From: Elsinoe ampelina
Lineage: Eukaryota
Assembly (NCBI GenBank): GCA_010093995.1
Contig: ML992502.1
Coordinates: forward strand, 923,001-987,000
Direction: 5' to 3'
DNA: 64,000 bases
In this document: piece after piece, positions 58,031-64,000 of the stretch
How the letters are laid out: each line of letters starts with the position of its first letter
Position numbering within the stretch: position 1 is the first letter of the stretch
Translations under genes and position numbers: made by a program
The notes under the pieces: generated by a model
The model's database searches: none
Seen by the model: only the letters and a program-made list of their open reading frames with translations
What the model was told of the DNA's origin: nothing

Positions 58031-59862
58031 CGACTGCGAGGGAAATTGGCAGAATGGCAAAAGCAGAGTCGGCCTTGAGAAGCACATGCGCCTGAAATCC
58101 GACGCATCGCCGAGCAAGCCCCGGCGCTGGGGCACTCCACCATGAACGAATGCAGACACGATCACATTCAATACACGGCCTTACAACAAAAGAGGTGACA
58201 GTGAGCACGACTGATATATATTACACGCGCTACATATCGGGAGAAATGCCCTTTCTCTTCGGAGGCGGAGTCCTAGCAGGCAAAACCATGGCTGAACATG
58301 CCATTGTGTACGACGGTGGGCCTTCGTTGACCCTACCTGTTCGTCCCAGGTGTTGACTTTTATGCAGGCCCTCCTCGATCGGAGGCGACTCGTCTCTCGT
58401 GCAGCGATTGATATGATCGCAATCATCGTCTGTGAGTTCTAGAGTATCTGTCAGCAAGAGAAGGGCGAAATACCCACCTGACACGCAAGAGCAGTGGTTA
58501 TTCTTTCGCCAGATTCCGGTACAATCACCATACGCTCATACGAGAATCGATCAGCTGGCACAACATCGCCAGTTCGGACGTCACCCAGTTGTCATATGTA
58601 CGGACAGCAAGAAAAGCTGCTTGGTCACTTGCTGCCGTCATGACCTTGCTGCTCGCGTCCTGGAAGCCGCGTGGGATACGCAAGCTGGCTGCATGGATGT
58701 CCGATAGACATTCCATGAGAGCACTGCGGAAGGCCTTTGCTGCCATGTGCTGAGCGGCAGTCGCCGGTGTGTTTGGATCGTAACGATTCAAAATTTCACG
58801 GATCGAGGAGCGTATGCGATCTATTTCACGGTTATGACACACATGTTTCTCACTCACCTCGTCCAGACAGCGTCGGAGCATCTCGAATGATGCTGTGGCC
58901 GAGCTTGGGAAGAGGGAAGCATTGTGGTGGAAATCTCGGAGATTGGCCATTGTGTGGTGACCTGTCACTCACTCGCGTGTACTCACGAGCGGTACTTGCT
59001 GATCTGGAGCAAGTGTCAATTATCGCCCGAGCAGGCGTGCAACCTGGTGGAGATTTTGTGGATCTCAGAGAGTTCCCCCTTTAGTGCCAGTGGTATGAGT
59101 TATGAGATACGCCCGTACGGGTCGTATTGGCTTTTCTCAATTCAAGTTCTTGTGTCTTTCGACTCAGGTCGATGTACGCAAAGACCTTTTCTTTCTCTGT
59201 CCAGTGATCAAAGAGTGATGAGCTTCGCCCGAAAGGGTTGTTTTTTCTCTGATCGACTCAAGCCCCTTTTGTCTTTCGACAAGGAACTTTTTGGTTTTGT
59301 CAAGTGAGGCCAGGTGATGGTGTGTACTGTGATCTATCACGCCCAAATCGGGTTCGCGTTATTTTGATCAGGCAGTATGTCGTATCGGTCCAGAAGTGCC
59401 TTCCACGTCCCAATGGAATCGTGTACTTATTCGGCTCGGGTCTTTGTGACGTTCGCTGGCTTGCAACTTCACACGCTTCGTGGCGAGCTTTCGTGGTGGT
59501 TGGAGTGGCACAGCTTGTCGTATTTATCGATGAATGGTCTGCTCAGATTGTAGGTACTTCCACAGTGTTCTGATTGCAGGATGCGTTTGTTGTTTGTGAC
59601 AATTCGTCAAAACGCGTTTCGTTTGTGATGAGGGAGCTGCGTGGTGAGGTGTGGAGAGGTGCAAATAAGGTAGAGTGCTCTCCGGCTTCCGCGGATCAGC
59701 CGGTGGGATGGCTTGGCACTTCGTCATTGGTTTGATTTAGCCACAACTTCCACTCGTCTGCAGGCCGCGGGATTGCAAGTCACGAAACCAATTCAACTTT
59801 CTTTTGTATTCACGACCTCATCCTCCGTACAAGATACACGAAGTCAACGCAGCGCCGCGACC

Positions 59863-60759
59863 ATGAGTTGGAACGGGTTCAAAAAGTCAATGGGAAGGGC
59901 GACGACCCAGGTGATGATGAAGACGGGTAAGAGGATCTGCTCGGGATGTACTCCGCAGCCTCTCTGACTATGCACCAGGTCACGTCGAGCGCACAAACGA
60001 TAGAGACTATGCTGTGGAAGAACGAAGATATCGCACACTAGAGAACGCCGCGACGCGACTGCAAAAGGAAGCGAAGGGCTATCTCGACTCGTTGCGTGCC
60101 ATGACAGCCTCGCAAATGCGAATCGCGGAAACGATCGACGCATTCTACGGAGATGCCGGCACAAAAGACGGTGTAAGCAGGAGCTACAAACAGGCCGTGG
60201 AAGATCTGGACGCGGAGACCATCAAAGCGCTCGACGGACCATACCGACAAACTGTCCTCGACCCCATCAACAGGTTCTGCGCATACTTCCCGGACATCAA
60301 CGAATGTACGACCCCCCTTTTCCCCTCCCCCTCCTCCCTCCGCTCCTATCTAACCCCTTCTCAGGCATAAAGAAACGCAATAACAAACTCCTCGACTACG
60401 ACTCCATGCGCGCCAAAGTAAAACGTCTCACCGAAAAGCCCGACAAAGACGCCGCCAAACTCCCCGCAGCCGAGAAAGAAATGGACATGGCCAAGCAACA
60501 ATACGAGCAGATCAACCAAGTTCTCTACAGCGAAATCCCACAACTCATCGAGCTGCGTGTGCCTTACCTGGATCCTACATTTGAGGCCCTGGTCAAGATC
60601 CAGTTGCGGTTTTGTGCCGAAGCGTACAGTCGGATGGCGCAGGTGCAGCAGTATTTGGATGCGGATACGAGGGAGCAGTACGCGCAAGGGCAGTTGGATA
60701 ATAAGGTGGAGCAGGTGTTGCAGGAGATTAGGGATTTGAGTATTGCGGGGACTGTGTAG
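59863..60759 (+). CDS. RVS161: BAR-domain protein Rvs161/Hob3
   Basis: MSWNGFKK...RATTQVMMK, AKGYLDSLRAMT and RVPYLDPTFEALVKIQLRFC motifs. Introns 59927-59978 and 60306-60365. Confidence 0.95.
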
Positions 60760-60850
60760 GGGATTTTGAGGAAGCATGGAAGCGTGGGCAGGGACAGGCG
60801 TTGGGGACAAGGCTTGTGGCACAGCATTGGGTGGGTAACATGAGGTGGAT
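60250..60850. other. Skew-inversion domain J (switch ~60560-60600)
   Basis: C/A-rich intron and exon start, then G/T-rich exon end and 3' UTR. Confidence 0.75.
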
Positions 60851-61245
60851 AATCTTCAATGCTTCATGTTCAGATGAGCGATGTTTTTCGCTGGAATGAC
60901 TATTCTACATTATGTGGCATTGTTGTGCGCTTTGTGCTGCTCAATGAAGAGATGTCGTGAGGGGGACCATGACTTCTATATTACATGATATTGCCACTGT
61001 GGCGTGTGTCCTGCTCGGTGGAGATTCGTCCTGCCCGTGGACTCCTCCTGGTGGTATCCAGGTGTGCGGCATATGGTGACGATGTGATACGGCATTCCAG
61101 TGAATGTGTCATCAAGGGTGTGGTATTCCTGACGGATCCAGTGCATGTTGCCTCTCTGCAGGGTTGTGCACGTGAGTCGTGAATTCGTCCTCGAGGCGGC
61201 TCGCTTGTGCCATGCTATTGTTGCTTCGGGTACGACCTGGTTCCA

Positions 61246-62682
61246 TCATGGCCCAGGAGAAGCGTTCGTGGGTGCAGGTGCTGGGTTGATGTTCGCCACT
61301 GGGCCGACAGAGGTTTCGGCAGCATTCCCTGTCGAAGCCGCATGCCCGTTTCCGCTTGAAGCATCGACATTTACACCATTGCCGTTGGTCTCTACTCGGC
61401 TAGATTCTGGTTGAGGTTGAGGTTCTGACGGAAGCTCAGGCTGAGATTGCACGGCCGCAAACCCATTGCTGACATTCGACGGACCAGGGGTTGCTTGTGG
61501 CGCAGAACTTTGTGTCATGGCCGGAACAGACGAAAGAGTCCCGTTCGTTGGTAGAAGTGATGCGTCGAAGATTGGGTGCAGGGCATAGATGGGTGCTTGA
61601 AAGCTCTCGCCGTCGAAAAGCAACATGTTCTGGATGGGCTGCTCGCGCTTGCCTAGGACGTTGATGACATCTTCAGAGAGACGTCCTCCGACGAATGCTG
61701 CAGTCGGAACAATCTCTGCGCCAACACCCTGCAGGAAGTTGCGAAGAAAGTCGGCTTTGAGCAGGTCTGGAGGCAGCTGCAGTTCCTTCAGCTTCTCATT
61801 GATGAGTTGTGTGAAGCTGACCAGGTCCTCGCGGGAATGACCAGGAAATCTACCAGTGCTACGCTCGAAATCCCAAAGTGCGCGGAATGCTGGGAGTAAC
61901 GGGCTGACTCCCTTCATGCGTCGACGGTTGCGGATGTAGTCGTCCGGGAGTGGTGAACTATTAGCAAGCATGAGTGGCGTGTATGTCTCCCTCTTGGTGA
62001 CCATCTCGATATTCTTGCCATTTTCCTTCTTGGTGTTCACGCCGACGACATCCCTAGTTGTACTTTCTGCGCTCAGCGCTGTGGCTCGGTTCGACTGCTC
62101 CCTCTCGATGATGTATTCGTGCTGAATCAGATCTGCGAAGACGAACCCGTACAACCCATGTGTGCCACAGGAGTAAAACTTTGTGTTGGCAACGCGGGTA
62201 CCAGCGTTGACCATACTCAACATGAAGAAAGGCATGTCAGAAGCGACTACCACGTCGAATGCGGAGAAGTAGTCAGGACCTTTCAGGGTCACATCACCAG
62301 TGTCTGCAACGACTGCAACGCGCGGGTTGAGCTCCTGCAGGCGTGTAGCTGCTGCCACTGCCCGAGATGACCCGACATCCTCAGTTCGCAGAAAGTATTG
62401 TGCGCCGAGATCGCTTTCCTGCACAAGGTCCATGTCGCTGATGGTCAAAGATCCGATGCCGTTCAAGATCAAATTCTTCGCGATCTCAGTCCCAGTTGCC
62501 TTCACATTGACCAGTAAGACCTTGGCTGCGCGTATACGCTCTTGCGCCTTGATTCCCCAGAGCCTTACTTGGCGGTCATATAGCTCGAGCTCTGCGGAAG
62601 AAATTCCAGAGTTCTGATCATTCATTTCCAGTGTCGGCAGTGACCTTGCTGTGCTCATACTGTCGATCATTGGACCGTCCAT
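61246..62682 (-). CDS. AOS1: SUMO-activating enzyme E1 subunit Aos1/SAE1
   Basis: LYDRQVRLWG, EIAKNLILNGIGSLTI, LQELNPRV and GLYGFVFADL motifs (ThiF fold). Confidence 0.9.
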   Translation of the reverse strand: MDGPMIDSMSTARSLPTLEMNDQNSGISSAELELYDRQVRLWGIKAQERIRAAKVLLVNVKATGTEIAKNLILNGIGSLTISDMDLVQESDLGAQYFLRTEDVGSSRAVAAATRLQELNPRVAVVADTGDVTLKGPDYFSAFDVVVASDMPFFMLSMVNAGTRVANTKFYSCGTHGLYGFVFADLIQHEYIIEREQSNRATALSAESTTRDVVGVNTKKENGKNIEMVTKRETYTPLMLANSSPLPDDYIRNRRRMKGVSPLLPAFRALWDFERSTGRFPGHSREDLVSFTQLINEKLKELQLPPDLLKADFLRNFLQGVGAEIVPTAAFVGGRLSEDVINVLGKREQPIQNMLLFDGESFQAPIYALHPIFDASLLPTNGTLSSVPAMTQSSAPQATPGPSNVSNGFAAVQSQPELPSEPQPQPESSRVETNGNGVNVDASSGNGHAASTGNAAETSVGPVANINPAPAPTNASPGP

Positions 62683-63223
62683 CACTGGTAAGAGCTTTAG
62701 CGACAGAATTAAAGGGTAGAGCGGTGAGTCTGACCTGGAGGAATGCCTGGCGCCACTGCATACGTCGCCGTCGCCTCCGTCACCGTCGCATCCGTCGCCA
62801 TCGGGGTTGGAAAGGGTCCCGTAACAGGTATTTTTCGGGATGAGGCAAGTACTCGATTTGACTTGATCAATCGGTCTGGTCAGATTTGAATCCGAAATAT
62901 AACAGAAAGGAATGTGAGGTGATGCGAAAAATAGTAGATCAGTGAAACCTTTAGTTGGTGTGAGTGAAGGTGATGCCAAGATCTGAAGTGATGTTTGACT
63001 TTCAAGGGCTCCACAAGTTTTGCGGGGCAATCAACAGCGGGCCGAGAACTCCGGCTTTGTGATACGCCGCCGGAGACTGTCACCTTCTGCCTCACCGTCG
63101 TCTCTCTTCATGCCCGAACAATCACACTCTCTGCATGCTGGCTCGCCAGGGACCACCAACGCCCACTATACTCTGGAAATTGTCGTTCTCGCGACGTAAT
63201 ATCTCGCACCACTGGATGCCACC

Positions 63224-64000
63224 ATGGGAGACAGAAGACCGCTTTCGTCGCTGACGGTGGGAGGCAACTGTCAAATCTTGGTGGTACATGTGCTGACTGA
63301 TATGCCAGTCTGGTGACTTTGACGACCCGCCAGCAAGTGCCACCTCATTATCACAAAATGTGGAGACCCGACTGAGTCGCCTTCACCGAACATTGGAAAG
63401 GACAAGGGAAGAGACAGTCAACCAAGCAGAGGCGGCACGGCACGAGCGCTGGGGCACTTATCCAGGTCAAAGGAGGCGCAGGAGTTATATGCGGCCAGCT
63501 GGACCTAGATCTCCTACCTACGAAGGCAGAGGCTGGCCACGAAGTGATGATTCAGACGAGGACGAGCGGCCTCGACACGCAAAGCGTCGGCGGCTAGATC
63601 TGCACTCACACACTTCGGACGAGAAGGCACACAAATACGGTCACTATGGTCAGGTTGAACCGGGTCGCTTAAAGTTCGAGCTAAGCAGTTGCGACGGAGG
63701 CGTACATGACGATGGCGCCCGTGCCGTCTACTATGGACCAAGTAACATCCTGCGACACGACCAGAGCGTATACTGTTCTCGGTCCCCTTCTTGCAATATC
63801 ATCATTCGACACCACGACAATAGCGCCTTCGCGTTAGAGAAGCTATACATCTTAGGTCCAGAGTGCGGCTTCACATCACCGGTCCGACATGGCACGGTCT
63901 GCATCGGCATGGGTCTGGATGAGCTGATGCCACTGGCCGCTGAGGCCTTGCTGTACAGTGCGCGCGGAGGAACCTTCAATGAGAGTGATGGCGAGGATGA
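63224..64000 (+). CDS. Conserved-looking fungal hypothetical protein, 5' part; missed by the ORF track because it runs off the window
   Basis: ATG at 63224 in ACCATGG, intron 63257-63308, then an open frame to the window end: YGHYGQVEPGRLKFELSSCDGG...NILRHDQSVYCS...CNIIIRH. Confidence 0.7.

Noticed and set aside
58525..59350. Possible small gene (MANLRDFHH..., ~140 aa) between MSW1 and RVS161
   Set aside because: Plausible but unsupported; no motif recognised.
62683..63030. 116-codon stop-free extension upstream of the AOS1 ATG
   Set aside because: Starts at a non-ATG codon and does not resemble E1 sequence; cannot be distinguished from chance without ribosome profiling.
1..64000. Stop-codon readthrough PTS1 signals (TGA CTA), TPP riboswitch, CRISPR arrays, rRNA, intact tRNA or transposase genes
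   Set aside because: Looked for by eye and none found.

Overview
Gene-dense eukaryotic DNA from a filamentous ascomycete. The short GT-AG introns with CTRAY branch sites and the gene content point to Pezizomycotina; Eurotiomycetes is a guess. About 30 protein-coding genes were identified, mostly housekeeping: SIP5, an ARA2-like aldo-keto reductase, a GH78 rhamnosidase, a YggS/PROSC protein, AFG2, BUD13, ATL1, GDT1, NOC4, ATP4, PXMP4, V-ATPase subunit f, AP-2 mu, ACE1/SltA, an S28 peptidase, LSM2, PSO2, PMT4, PEX5, SDH1, a NIPA transporter, MSW1, RVS161 and AOS1, plus several hypothetical proteins. No intact transposon, rRNA, intact tRNA or CRISPR array was seen. Three things stand out. (1) SDH1 can restore its conserved HYNMGGIPT motif only by splicing a non-canonical AT-AA intron that follows a 46-nt micro-exon and a long, hairpin-containing intron; retention or exon skipping gives premature stops, so this is a candidate splicing switch on complex II. 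(2) About ten ~1-kb domains flip abruptly from C-rich to G-rich and cut across codons, introns and UTRs. (3) All three introns of the ACE1/SltA transcription factor are in-frame and stop-free. Coordinates were read by hand; skew-domain boundaries are approximate.
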